In this document: positions 8,471 through 17,480 of the stretch, in pieces
Layout of the letters: each line of letters starts with the position of its first letter
Position numbering within the stretch: position 1 is the stretch's first letter
Source: Minisyncoccia bacterium
Lineage (GTDB): Bacteria > Patescibacteriota > Minisyncoccia > Phycocordibacterales > UBA2100
Assembly: GCA_965659025.1 (NCBI GenBank)
Contig: CBFHTW010000003.1
Coordinates: 1 to 48,377, forward strand
Reading direction: 5' to 3'
DNA length: 48,377 bases
Translations under genes and position numbers: made by a program
The notes under the pieces: generated by a model
Seen by the model: the letters and a program-made list of their open reading frames with translations, nothing else
The model's database searches: none
What the model was told of the DNA's origin: nothing

Positions 8471-9460
8471 TTATGCCACTTTTTCGGCTTTGAAATCGGC
8501 CGGGGCGTGCGTTAGGTGTTGCTCAAGTTCTTCGCGAGTGAGAAGGCCGGCTTGCGCGCCGAGCTTCTGCACCACAAACGCGGCGTTGACGACACCGTGC
8601 AGAAGCGCCTCATGCGCTGGCAGGCCAAGCAACATGTATCCGACGGTGGTGGACGCTGTAGCATCGCCTGCGCCGGTGCGTGAGACGGGCGGTGCGGGAT
8701 CCGGATACACCGGCACGCGCCAGGTACCTTCTTCGCTTTGCACATGCGCGCCGCGTACGCCGTCTGTGATGATGACAGTCTTGGGTCCGAGCGCGCGCAC
8801 GCCTGCGAAAAGCTCCAACACATCGTCCGTTTCTTTTTTTAACACCTGCTTCGCCTCTTCTTTATTGCAGACGAACAGCGTGGTGGCTTGATACACTTCG
8901 GCGAGCGCCTCGGCTCCGGCGAGTATCTGAAACGTGCCTGGCTGAAAGGCGAGATGCACGCCGTTTGCCGCGGCATACCGCGCGACTTCTTTTTGATATT
9001 CCACCGTGTCTTCGCCGAGTGAGGTGAGGTACAGCCATTTGGGCGCTTCGGCAAAACGCGGAAGCATGCGCGGATAGTGTTCGTGTTTGACGAGAATGGT
9101 GCGCTCGGCGCCGTATTGAAGTACGTAGTGGTAGTTGGTCGGGAGGCCTGCATGCACACCCACGAACTCGGTGGCAATGCCCGCGGCGAGCATGGTCTGC
9201 AGGCACGCGCGGCCGTTGTCGTCGTTGCCCATCTCCACTGCCGCGGCGGCAGAGAGGCCGAGGCGCGCGATGGCGGCGGCGGCGTTGGTGGCGTTGCCCA
9301 CGGCGCGCACCTCCGTGGCCGATTCAAATGGGACCTTTTGGCCAAACTTTACACACAACTCGCATTCCTCCGGATTGACATCGCAATGGACCTCCGCCTC
9401 TTTGAGGCGGATAAAGCAATCGGTAACCACGTCGCCAAAGGCAACAACATCGTATCGCAT
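8471..9460 (-). CDS. PfkB family carbohydrate kinase
   Basis: GNATNAA, NKEEA, ITDGVRG and TGAGDA motifs. Confidence 0.9.
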   Translation of the reverse strand: MRYDVVAFGDVVTDCFIRLKEAEVHCDVNPEECELCVKFGQKVPFESATEVRAVGNATNAAAAIARLGLSAAAAVEMGNDDNGRACLQTMLAAGIATEFVGVHAGLPTNYHYVLQYGAERTILVKHEHYPRMLPRFAEAPKWLYLTSLGEDTVEYQKEVARYAAANGVHLAFQPGTFQILAGAEALAEVYQATTLFVCNKEEAKQVLKKETDDVLELFAGVRALGPKTVIITDGVRGAHVQSEEGTWRVPVYPDPAPPVSRTGAGDATASTTVGYMLLGLPAHEALLHGVVNAAFVVQKLGAQAGLLTREELEQHLTHAPADFKAEKVA

Positions 9461-9517
9461 AAGAATACAGTATACATCCTCTCTGCGCCGTGGTGCTTGT
9501 GGGGTATACTAGGCCGC

Positions 9518-10603
9518 ATGAAGGGCAAACGTGACGCGGCACAAAAGGGCAATGTACACGCGACCCTGTATCGCACGTATCGGCCGTCCACCTTTGACGA
9601 AGTGCGCGGGCAAGAACCTGTCGTCTCGGCGCTCTCCCAGGAGGTAAAAGACGGGCGCATTGCGCACGCGTATCTCTTTGCCGGCGGGCGCGGTACGGGC
9701 AAGACGAGCGTGGCGCGCATTTTGGCTCGCGCGCTTGGAGTTTCTGACAAGGATGTGTACGAGATAGACGCGGCCTCCAATCGCGGAATAGATGACGTGC
9801 GTGAACTGCGCGCGGGCGTGTATGCGGCCCCGTTTGATTCGCCGTACAAGGTGTACATCATTGACGAGGCGCACATGCTTACAAAAGAGGCGTGGAACGC
9901 GCTTTTAAAGACGCTTGAAGAGCCGCCGGCGCACGCGATATTTATTTTGGCGACCACGGAGCGGCACAAGGTGCCCGAGACAATCAGCTCGCGCTGTGAA
10001 GTGTATCTCTTTGCCCAGCCTTCGCGCGAGGTGCTCTCCGAGATGGTGCGCGACGTGGCCAAAAAAGAGGGCTACGCGATGGAGAAACCTGCGGCGGAGC
10101 TGGTGGCGCTTCTAGCTGAAGGGTCGTTTCGCGATGCGCTCGGTATTTTGCAAAAGGTGTGCACTATTTCGCACGATAAAAAAATCTCGGTGGGCGAGGT
10201 GGAAAGTGTTTCCGGCGCGCCGCGCGCCGCCTTGGTGCGCGAGATATTAGAGGGTGTGGCACGGCGGGATGTATCGCGCGCTCTTGCGGCGAGTGCGGAG
10301 GCGGCGCGCGGCGCCTTTGACGCTCGCACACTTCTGAAACTTCTCATGCAACGCGTGCGCATCGTGCTGTTGGCGCGTCACGCGCCCAGCCTTGCTGGCG
10401 AGCTAAAAGAAGAACTCTCCGATGATGACTGGGCGCTCGCGGAATCCCTCGCAAAAGACAAAGACGCACACATTGCTTCGGATACGTTGCGGGCGCTTCT
10501 AAGCGCCTACGCAGAGACGGCCTATGCGGCGGTGCCGTATTTGCCGTTGGAGCTTGCCATTATAGATGTGTGCACACCGCGCGCACCCAGCGCCAAAAGT
10601 TGA
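9518..10603 (+). CDS. dnaX: DNA polymerase III subunit gamma/tau
   Basis: LYRTYRP, GGRGTGKTS, IIDEAHML, LLKTLEEPP and SRC motifs. No Zn-finger insert. Confidence 0.95.
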   Translation: MKGKRDAAQKGNVHATLYRTYRPSTFDEVRGQEPVVSALSQEVKDGRIAHAYLFAGGRGTGKTSVARILARALGVSDKDVYEIDAASNRGIDDVRELRAGVYAAPFDSPYKVYIIDEAHMLTKEAWNALLKTLEEPPAHAIFILATTERHKVPETISSRCEVYLFAQPSREVLSEMVRDVAKKEGYAMEKPAAELVALLAEGSFRDALGILQKVCTISHDKKISVGEVESVSGAPRAALVREILEGVARRDVSRALAASAEAARGAFDARTLLKLLMQRVRIVLLARHAPSLAGELKEELSDDDWALAESLAKDKDAHIASDTLRALLSAYAETAYAAVPYLPLELAIIDVCTPRAPSAKS

Positions 10604-10703
10604 CTTCTCTGCAGTGCCGTGTAGTATACTCCAATCGGCCTGTAAGGGCCGATATTGTTGCCCCGTGATTCGGGGCTTTCACAACTGAAGAAGGAAGTTA
10701 GGA

Positions 10704-11462
10704 ATGACGAAGAATACGATCGGGATACCGTTCCATCTCGCGCTCGCGGCGGCGCTCACCGAATCCGGCATCGCCAAGTGCGTGCCGTGTTTCAAGACGC
10801 TTTCGCATCTCGCGGCGATGACCAAGCTCGCCGACGGCCACCGCGCCGTCTTTGACGCGTTTACCAACGCGGCCAAGAGCCTGGGCTTCACAGGCGATAC
10901 ACAGATCGTCCGGCAGACATCGGTCTCATTGATGTCCAAGGATTATTCGCTCATCACCAGGAAGTTCGGCATCCCGTCGGACATCCTCGGCGCCTACGTA
11001 CCCACGAAACAGGTGCCGTATGACCAGGCGATCATCGTCGCGCTCAAGGCGCTCGCCGACACCGACGGCGACAAGAAGGCGTACGAAGTTCTTGCTCAGC
11101 TCGTCGGCGAGACGAAGCTGGACGAGGAATGTCGCACGCCGATCTTCAACGCTCTCTACGAGAGCGCGAAGAAACTCGGCATGACACAGCACAGTGTTGT
11201 CATCACGGCGGCCGCGGCGATTATGTCCAACGAACCGAGTACGGTTGCTCAGCGCTTCGGCGCCGACATCGTCCGGATCAAGGAAATTATCACTGCGCTC
11301 AAGTCCAAGCCGGCCAGTACCGACACGAAGCACGCTTCGTCGTCGCAGAAACCGTCCCAGCAGAAACCGAGCAAGCATCAGCCCACCTCGGTTCTGCCCA
11401 AGACGGCGCCGGCACAACAGTCGCAGTCTCATGCTCGCATGACCGGCGGCGACCGCTCCTGA
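10704..11462 (+). CDS. Hypothetical protein with internal ~100-aa duplication and low-complexity tail
   Basis: SD-like AAGGA upstream, own promoter-like sequence (TTGACT 10600, TATACT 10625) and terminator. Confidence 0.7.
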   Translation: MTKNTIGIPFHLALAAALTESGIAKCVPCFKTLSHLAAMTKLADGHRAVFDAFTNAAKSLGFTGDTQIVRQTSVSLMSKDYSLITRKFGIPSDILGAYVPTKQVPYDQAIIVALKALADTDGDKKAYEVLAQLVGETKLDEECRTPIFNALYESAKKLGMTQHSVVITAAAAIMSNEPSTVAQRFGADIVRIKEIITALKSKPASTDTKHASSSQKPSQQKPSKHQPTSVLPKTAPAQQSQSHARMTGGDRS

Positions 11463-11507
11463 TCCCTTCCACAAGGATTGTTTTAACTCACCGATAACAC
11501 GGTGAGT

Positions 11508-11546
11508 GTGGCCAGTTCGCCTCGCGCGAACTGGCCACTTTCTTTT
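11508..11546 (+). terminator. Intrinsic terminator
   Basis: 13-bp stem GTGGCCAGTTCGC/GCGAACTGGCCAC followed by TTTCTTTT. Confidence 0.8.
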
Positions 11547-11557
11547 CCTCACATAAT

Positions 11558-11586
11558 TTGCAAAAGAGCTGTATTATTCATACCAT
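11558..11586 (+). promoter_or_regulatory. Sigma70-like promoter of the tRNA locus
   Basis: TTGCAA-N17-TACCAT just upstream of the duplicated tRNA 5' end. Confidence 0.5.
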
Positions 11587-11592
11587 CCAGAA

Positions 11593-11641
11593 CATTGGGG
11601 GATCGCCTGCCTGCGCAGGCAGGTCTAATATGGTAGAACAT
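11593..11641 (+). pseudogene. Degenerate duplicate of the tRNA-Gln 5' end interrupted by an 18-bp palindrome
   Basis: CATTGGGGGATCG[CCTGCCTGCGCAGGCAGG]TCTAA(TA)TGGTAGAACAT versus CATTGGGGGATCGTCTAATGGTAGGACAT at 11883-11911. Confidence 0.8.
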
Positions 11642-11900
11642 GTGGTTTGTTTATTTTCTTCGGCACAGACAGAAGAGATGGTACTACGTAGGTAGTACGA
11701 ATAATCTGATCAGACGACTTGGTGAACATAATGCTGGAAAAGTTAAATCTACAAAAGAGTATAGGCCACTAACGTTGGTTCATGAACTTTCGTTTGATAC
11801 AGAGAGGGAGGCGCGACTTTTTGAGCATAAAGTAAAGAAACAAAGATTGCTAAAAGAGCAAATTATTCGTACTATCGAGAAGCATTGGGGGATCGTCTAA
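11640..11900 (+). CDS. Small stand-alone GIY-YIG nuclease
   Basis: FVYFL..YYVGSTNNLIRRLGEHN..EARLFE. The last codons are encoded by the tRNA 5' end. Confidence 0.88.
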   Translation: MWFVYFLRHRQKRWYYVGSTNNLIRRLGEHNAGKVKSTKEYRPLTLVHELSFDTEREARLFEHKVKKQRLLKEQIIRTIEKHWGIV

Positions 11901-11956
11901 TGGTAGGACATCAGGTTTTGGTCCTGAGTATCGGGGTTCGAGTCCCTGTCCCCCAG
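11886..11956 (+). tRNA. tRNA-Gln(TTG)
   Basis: Acceptor TGGGGGA/TCCCCCA, anticodon arm TCAGG-TTTTGGT-CCTGA, T arm CGGGG-TTCGAGT-CCCTG. CCA not encoded. Confidence 0.95.
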
Positions 11957-13552
11957 CAAGCAAGGATTTTTGGAGTAGATTTCTCCATTATCCTTTGTAT
12001 CTCCTTGGTTTTCGGGCGGTTCTAACCCAGACGGAAGGTCGCGGATTATGTCCGCGGCTTTTCGTATTGGAACGAGCAGATTATCCAATGAAATCGTGAG
12101 TTTTCCGTCGAGAAGCGTGTAGTTCCAACCCAGCGCGGAGAATATCTCCCGCTTCGCCTCAATGAGCTTCTTTTCGCTTGCCTTGCTGAACGCGAGCGGC
12201 GCTTTCTCCGCGAAGTTGAAGCCCCGCTCGGCAATCTCGAGCCACGTGTCTATGCGCTTGTCTGTATCGCCCAGAAGCGCCTTGAGGCGTGCTTTCTCCG
12301 CAAGCAACGTCTCCTTGCGACCGCGGAACTCGTGCTCGTCAATCTCCAAGTTCGCTCGCATATCTATCAGGTTGTCTATCTTCCGCACACAGGCGTCGTA
12401 TTCGCGGCGCTGATTGCCCATCACCAACTCGCGGTCAGACACTTCCTGCCCGTTCTGTTCCTTGAGGCGCGACATCGCCCACGTCGTAAAGTCAGCGGGG
12501 ATGTTGAGCTTCTTCAACTCCGCATCTACCTGCTTCTCAAGTGCCTTTTCCTCGATGGACTTCTGCGAGCAGTTCGGGTTCTTCTTTTTCGTGCAATGGT
12601 AGTACGTGTAAGTTGCTACACCGCCGCTGGCGAGCTTTTTCATTTTTTCCTCGGCCGTAATGAGGGCTCCGCATTCACCACATCGTATCGGCCCCCTGTA
12701 CGCCATATCGCGTCGCTCCTTGGGGCGTGGGTTGCCGCGGCGACCGAGCAGGAACTGGATGCGGTCGTATTCCTCGCGGCTCATCAGCGGTTCGTGTAAT
12801 CCTGTGTACCACTTGCCGCTACCGACAGGGTACTCGAACTCACCGTAATAAAAGGGGCGGGTAAAGATATTGTAGATATTGCTGCGACTTATCTTCTTTC
12901 CGTTCAATGAACGCAGACCCCATTCATCTGTAGCAATGCGCCATATCTGCGGTGGCGTGTGATTTCCTGTGAGCATCAGGTCTACCATCTTCCGCAAAAG
13001 CGGGAAGCGTTCGGTGTCCGTATAGACCTTCTTCTTGCCGCGCTCTTCGTACTTGTCATTTTTGTAGCCAAGCGGAGCAGGCGCTGGGTAATAGCCCATC
13101 TTCGCTTTCTGTTCAAGACCGCGCTTCACATCGCGGCCTTTCTTCGCACTTTCGTACTGCGATTGCGAGAGCGCCATCTGTAGCATCCAAATACCCTCTG
13201 GTGAGTTGTTCTCGAAGTGGTACGTAGCGAACTTGAGGTCTGCAAGCTCTCCTGTGCGAAGCAGGTATGTAAGCGTGCTCGCGTCTACTTCGTTGCGGGA
13301 GAGGCGGTCAGGATGCCAAGCGAGAAGACCTGCACGTTCACCGTTGCGGATACGCAGGAGCATATCGCTGAACTTCGGACGGTTGTATGGAACGAAGGCG
13401 CTCTTTTCTTCGTCCACGAACTCAATGTCCAAATCAGGGAAGCGTTCGGAAAGCTGCGCTCGTTGCGCGGGTATGGAAAGTGCCTGTTTCTCCTTATCCT
13501 CGGAGGATTTGCGGAGGTAGGCAAAATAGCGGGTTTTTGCTGGTGTTTTCAT
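11897..13552 (-). CDS. Large serine recombinase (integrase)
   Basis: YLRKS catalytic motif, DRLSRN, recombinase domain, Zn ribbon CGECG..YYHC, coiled coil. C-terminus (GDRDSNP) is antisense to the tRNA. Start placed at ATG 13552. Confidence 0.93.
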   Translation of the reverse strand: MKTPAKTRYFAYLRKSSEDKEKQALSIPAQRAQLSERFPDLDIEFVDEEKSAFVPYNRPKFSDMLLRIRNGERAGLLAWHPDRLSRNEVDASTLTYLLRTGELADLKFATYHFENNSPEGIWMLQMALSQSQYESAKKGRDVKRGLEQKAKMGYYPAPAPLGYKNDKYEERGKKKVYTDTERFPLLRKMVDLMLTGNHTPPQIWRIATDEWGLRSLNGKKISRSNIYNIFTRPFYYGEFEYPVGSGKWYTGLHEPLMSREEYDRIQFLLGRRGNPRPKERRDMAYRGPIRCGECGALITAEEKMKKLASGGVATYTYYHCTKKKNPNCSQKSIEEKALEKQVDAELKKLNIPADFTTWAMSRLKEQNGQEVSDRELVMGNQRREYDACVRKIDNLIDMRANLEIDEHEFRGRKETLLAEKARLKALLGDTDKRIDTWLEIAERGFNFAEKAPLAFSKASEKKLIEAKREIFSALGWNYTLLDGKLTISLDNLLVPIRKAADIIRDLPSGLEPPENQGDTKDNGEIYSKNPCLLGDRDSNPDTQDQNLMSYH

Positions 13553-13700
13553 ATACGCGAAAGGGACGGTCTGGTTGACCCACTTACGATGCACCCCGAG
13601 GGATACCCATAGTGGCAGACCGCCCCTTTCGCGCCGCTATGGGTATAGAAAAATCTCGGGGGATACGCAAACGTAAGCAGGTCAACATAGCCATTATACC

Positions 13701-14825
13701 TCATTTTCCGTCAATAAGGCGCTTCAGGAACGCTCGTACGTCGTCAGGTATCTCGACCGTGCCGTTGCTGCTTTGGAAGTCGCGCAACTCTCGCACGATG
13801 TCTACGGCGCGTTCTACGCCCATACTACCGTAGCCGTATGCACCGAACGTGGTGCCGATGTTCTCGTGTCCGAGCGTCAAACTGATAGCCCGTTTTTCTT
13901 CCTCGGTGAGGCGCATCTTACTCATCAAGCTCACCACCAAGTGTCGGTACGAGTGAGGGTGGTAGTACTTCACGCCCGCGCCTTCGCACCGCTTCTCAAA
14001 TATCTTCCGAGCGCTTCCCGTATCGCTCCAAAAAGAGCGGCTGATACTTTCCTTACTGTAGGCCTTCTTCGTACTGATTTCGCTTGAGGTGGCGGGGAAG
14101 ATAGGGTCGTCTGGAGCAAATCCCTTGTTCTCCAAATACTCATACCACTCCAAGAAGTAGCGACTGGGTTCATCCCATCCGATAGGGAAAAATGTCGTGA
14201 TGATGGTCTTCGAGTTCTTCGTCCGTACGCCGTCCGCGGGGTTCTGGTGGATGCGGCGGGTCGCCTTGTCAAAACTCTTCATTTTGAGCGAGATGATGGC
14301 GCTGATGCGACAGCCCGTTATGAGGGCGAAGCTGATGAGCGCCCTGTCGCGTCTGCCTATCTCTGTCGCTGGGTCGATATTCTCGATTACTTGCTGCACC
14401 TCCTCAAGGGTAGGCATCGCTTTCGTTGTGCCCGCGAGGACTATCTGCATATCCTTCTTCGAGATACGCAGGAAATCGGCATCTCCTTTGACGAGCTTCT
14501 GGCTATACTCGGGCTGCCCAGCAAGCCAGAGGAAGAACTCTTTTACGCGCCGCAGGTAGTGATACCGCGTCGCGGGCTTGAGCGTTCCGTCGGGCGTCTT
14601 CGTCGCTTTCCGAATGAGCCACCCGCAGAATGCCATCGCTTTTGTCTTATCGAAAGTCGCGAAGTCCTCGTTATCGGAGAAAACCTGCCACTGACCGATG
14701 GCGTCGGCGTAGTCGTTTACGGACGCTTCCGTGAAGCCCTTTGCTCCGCGCAGGTGGTCGAAGAAGCCGCGCTTTGCCTGCTCGTTTCGGTATGGTGTTT
14801 TGTCTTGATGGCTGGGATTGCTCAT
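13701..14825 (-). CDS. Tyrosine recombinase/integrase
   Basis: RDRA..TGCRISA, HSYRH and LGH..TT..Y catalytic residues. Confidence 0.9.
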   Translation of the reverse strand: MSNPSHQDKTPYRNEQAKRGFFDHLRGAKGFTEASVNDYADAIGQWQVFSDNEDFATFDKTKAMAFCGWLIRKATKTPDGTLKPATRYHYLRRVKEFFLWLAGQPEYSQKLVKGDADFLRISKKDMQIVLAGTTKAMPTLEEVQQVIENIDPATEIGRRDRALISFALITGCRISAIISLKMKSFDKATRRIHQNPADGVRTKNSKTIITTFFPIGWDEPSRYFLEWYEYLENKGFAPDDPIFPATSSEISTKKAYSKESISRSFWSDTGSARKIFEKRCEGAGVKYYHPHSYRHLVVSLMSKMRLTEEEKRAISLTLGHENIGTTFGAYGYGSMGVERAVDIVRELRDFQSSNGTVEIPDDVRAFLKRLIDGK

Positions 14826-15060
14826 ATTCGTACAAACGGACATTTACATCTCAAATAACGATTTCTGATAGTACATCCACGTTTAGTCCTCGGTAGCGCA
14901 GGGCTGCTCTATTTTGTCCGATTGGCGGACGAAAGGGGGGCAGTCAGGTGCCACCAATCGGAACCCCTGTGCTAACGAGGACGTGGATGTACCATCTGGC
15001 TGTTCCCCTTTCGCATACTCGTGCGCAAGAGAGAACGAGTGCCAGACATAGCGTACATCT

Positions 15061-16851
15061 ATGTCTGAAAAATCATTACCATTACACAAAATCCAACAGG
15101 TAAAGGGGCGGCCGCTTTTGCATTGGGTCGGTAAGCGCCCTCTCGAGAGCGTTCAGTTTTTTCCTGCGCAAGAGAAAGAGGTATATGGCGACAAGAACGC
15201 CAAGGATTTCAATAAACTATTTTGGGGCGACAACCTCCAAGTGCTCTCGCATCTCATCAAGGATTACCGTGGCGCGATAGACCTCATTTACATTGACCCG
15301 CCGTTCGACAGCGCTGCGGACTACGTGAAGAAGGTCGTTATTCGTGGCCAAGAACTGAAAGGGGTGCAGCAGAGCGTCTTGGAAGAGGCGCAATATACCG
15401 ACATCTGGGAGAACGACGAATACCTCCAGTTTATATACGAGCGTCTCATTCTGATGCGGGAGCTTCTTTCCGAAAAGGGGAGCATCTACCTCCATTGCGA
15501 CAGTCATAAAAATGCCCACCTCCGCCTCATCCTTGATGAGGTGTTTGGAGAGAGCAACTTCCGCAACGAAATCGTGTGGCATTACCACGATAAGTTCGCT
15601 ACTGGTGGCAAATCGCTCGACCGAAATCACGACACCATTTATCACTACTCAAAGACCCCTGTCTTTACTGGGAACGAGATACGGGTCGAGAAGGAAGAAG
15701 CGACGCGCCGTGCGCTCCGTAAGAAGGTGAACGGCAAGACCGTGAACGTCTTGGACGACGAGGGCAATAAAATCTATGGTGAGTTCACGGACAAGCGCAT
15801 TGACGACGTATGGGACATCGGGAGGACAATCTCGAAGAACGAATATCTCGAATATCCGACGCAGAAAAAAGAAGAGCTCGTCGAGCGCATACTTCGCTAT
15901 GGCTCGAACGAAGGTGATATGGTCGCAGATTTCTTCGTGGGTTCTGGTACAGCCTGCGCGGTCGCGCAGCGGATGGGTCGTCGCTGGCTCGGATGCGACA
16001 TCAACGTAGGTGCAGTACAGACCAGCACCAAGCGGCTCGCTAAACTCGTCGAAGACCAACTCGCCGAAAAGCCCGAGAGCTTCAAGGGTTCGCTCGGCTT
16101 CAAGGTACTGAATGTGAACGAGTACGATGTGTTCAAGAACGAACTGGAGGCCAAGGAGGTTGTTATGGAGATTTACGGCGTAGAGCCAGTGAAGCGCTCA
16201 TACTTCGACGGCGTATTGGACGGCGACTATGTGAAAGTCCTGCCGCTCAATCGCGTGCTCGGCAAGATGGACATTCGCTCGCTCCTCAAGGGCATCGGTA
16301 ATGAACTCGACAACTTCACGAAGAAGACAGTAAGCAAGCACGGCGAAGCGATATACGAGGAGGATGTCATTGTTATTTGCTCGGGTATGGAGCTCGATGT
16401 ACGTGATTTTCTCAAGAAGGAAAATAAAACGGGCGTTTCGATAAAGCTATACGACATTCTGACCGATACCAAAGACCTCATCTTCAAGCAGTACCCAGAA
16501 AGTAGGGTAAAAGTCGTCGCGAAAGGTACGAACCTCGCTGTGGAGATTGAGGAGTTCTATTCGCCGCTCCTGATGCGCAAACTCGAACTCGAGAACGGCA
16601 AGATGCTCAAGAAAGAGCGCGAGGCGAAGGTCAGCGACTTCAAGCAAATCGTCGATAGCGTAGCCATTGACGTGGACTACGACGGTAAGCTCTTCAACGC
16701 AGAGGTGATGGACTTGCCGAACAAGAAAGAGGTTATCGTGGGCTCGTACGAGTGGGAGTACGCAAAGAAAGGCAAGTATACGGTCGCTATAAAAATCATA
16801 GACGTGCTCGGGGAGGAGTTCTTCGAGACGTACGACGTGGAAGCGAAATAA
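15061..16851 (+). CDS. mod: Type III R-M DNA methyltransferase (Mod)
   Basis: IYIDPPF catalytic motif precedes DFFVGSGT SAM-binding motif (beta class); YPTQK; upstream of res. Confidence 0.9.
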   Translation: MSEKSLPLHKIQQVKGRPLLHWVGKRPLESVQFFPAQEKEVYGDKNAKDFNKLFWGDNLQVLSHLIKDYRGAIDLIYIDPPFDSAADYVKKVVIRGQELKGVQQSVLEEAQYTDIWENDEYLQFIYERLILMRELLSEKGSIYLHCDSHKNAHLRLILDEVFGESNFRNEIVWHYHDKFATGGKSLDRNHDTIYHYSKTPVFTGNEIRVEKEEATRRALRKKVNGKTVNVLDDEGNKIYGEFTDKRIDDVWDIGRTISKNEYLEYPTQKKEELVERILRYGSNEGDMVADFFVGSGTACAVAQRMGRRWLGCDINVGAVQTSTKRLAKLVEDQLAEKPESFKGSLGFKVLNVNEYDVFKNELEAKEVVMEIYGVEPVKRSYFDGVLDGDYVKVLPLNRVLGKMDIRSLLKGIGNELDNFTKKTVSKHGEAIYEEDVIVICSGMELDVRDFLKKENKTGVSIKLYDILTDTKDLIFKQYPESRVKVVAKGTNLAVEIEEFYSPLLMRKLELENGKMLKKEREAKVSDFKQIVDSVAIDVDYDGKLFNAEVMDLPNKKEVIVGSYEWEYAKKGKYTVAIKIIDVLGEEFFETYDVEAK

Positions 16852-16854
16852 CGT

Positions 16855-17478
16855 ATGGAAATCGTCTACGTACTTACGAATGAAGCGATGGCTGGCTATG
16901 TGAAGATAGGCAGGACTACCACGAGCTTGGAGCAGCGCATCCGTGAGCTCAACTCCTCAACGAGCGTCCCGCTCCCGTTCACGGCGTTCTATGCGTGTAC
17001 AGTGCAGGACAGCACGTTCGTCGAACATCAGCTCCACGACGCTTTCGACGATAGTCGCATCAATCCACGGCGCGAGTTCTTCCGCATTGCGCCCGAGCGC
17101 GTTGTGGCGGCACTCAAGCTCGCACAGATAGAAGACATAACCCCGAAGCGTGATTACGTGGAGATGCCCGAAGACCAAGTGGCGCTCAACCGCGTCCGTG
17201 CCATACGAAGCAAGTTCAACTTCGGTATGGTTGATATTCCTATCGGTGCAGAACTCTCTTTCAGTCGTGATGAGAATATAAAGGCGCAGGTCGTTGACAC
17301 ACAATCCAAGAACTCCATTGAGTTCAGGGGCGAGATAACGAGCTTGTCGCGTGCCGCACAGAACATACTTGGTTTTGATTATGGTGTCGCGGGTACGGAC
17401 TACTGGATGTACGAGGGCGAGACACTCGACGAGCGCCGCAGACGGTTCGAGGGCGGCGAGGAACCTAATCAAGAATAG
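16855..17478 (+). CDS. GIY-YIG nuclease (T5orf172-like) with possible C-terminal RAMA-like domain
   Basis: IVYVLTN..YVKIGRT..RIREL..REFF. C-terminal SLSRAA..GTDYW.YEGETLDERR. Confidence 0.8.
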   Translation: MEIVYVLTNEAMAGYVKIGRTTTSLEQRIRELNSSTSVPLPFTAFYACTVQDSTFVEHQLHDAFDDSRINPRREFFRIAPERVVAALKLAQIEDITPKRDYVEMPEDQVALNRVRAIRSKFNFGMVDIPIGAELSFSRDENIKAQVVDTQSKNSIEFRGEITSLSRAAQNILGFDYGVAGTDYWMYEGETLDERRRRFEGGEEPNQE

Positions 17479-17480
17479 CG

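Noticed and set aside
9077-9517. N-terminal extension of DnaX
   Set aside because: It overlaps pfkB on the opposite strand. The -10 box and homology support ATG 9518.
11596-11956. tRNA with a GIY-YIG-encoding intron
   Set aside because: The downstream tRNA is already complete and the upstream copy is degenerate. No group I core was recognised, so duplication fits better.
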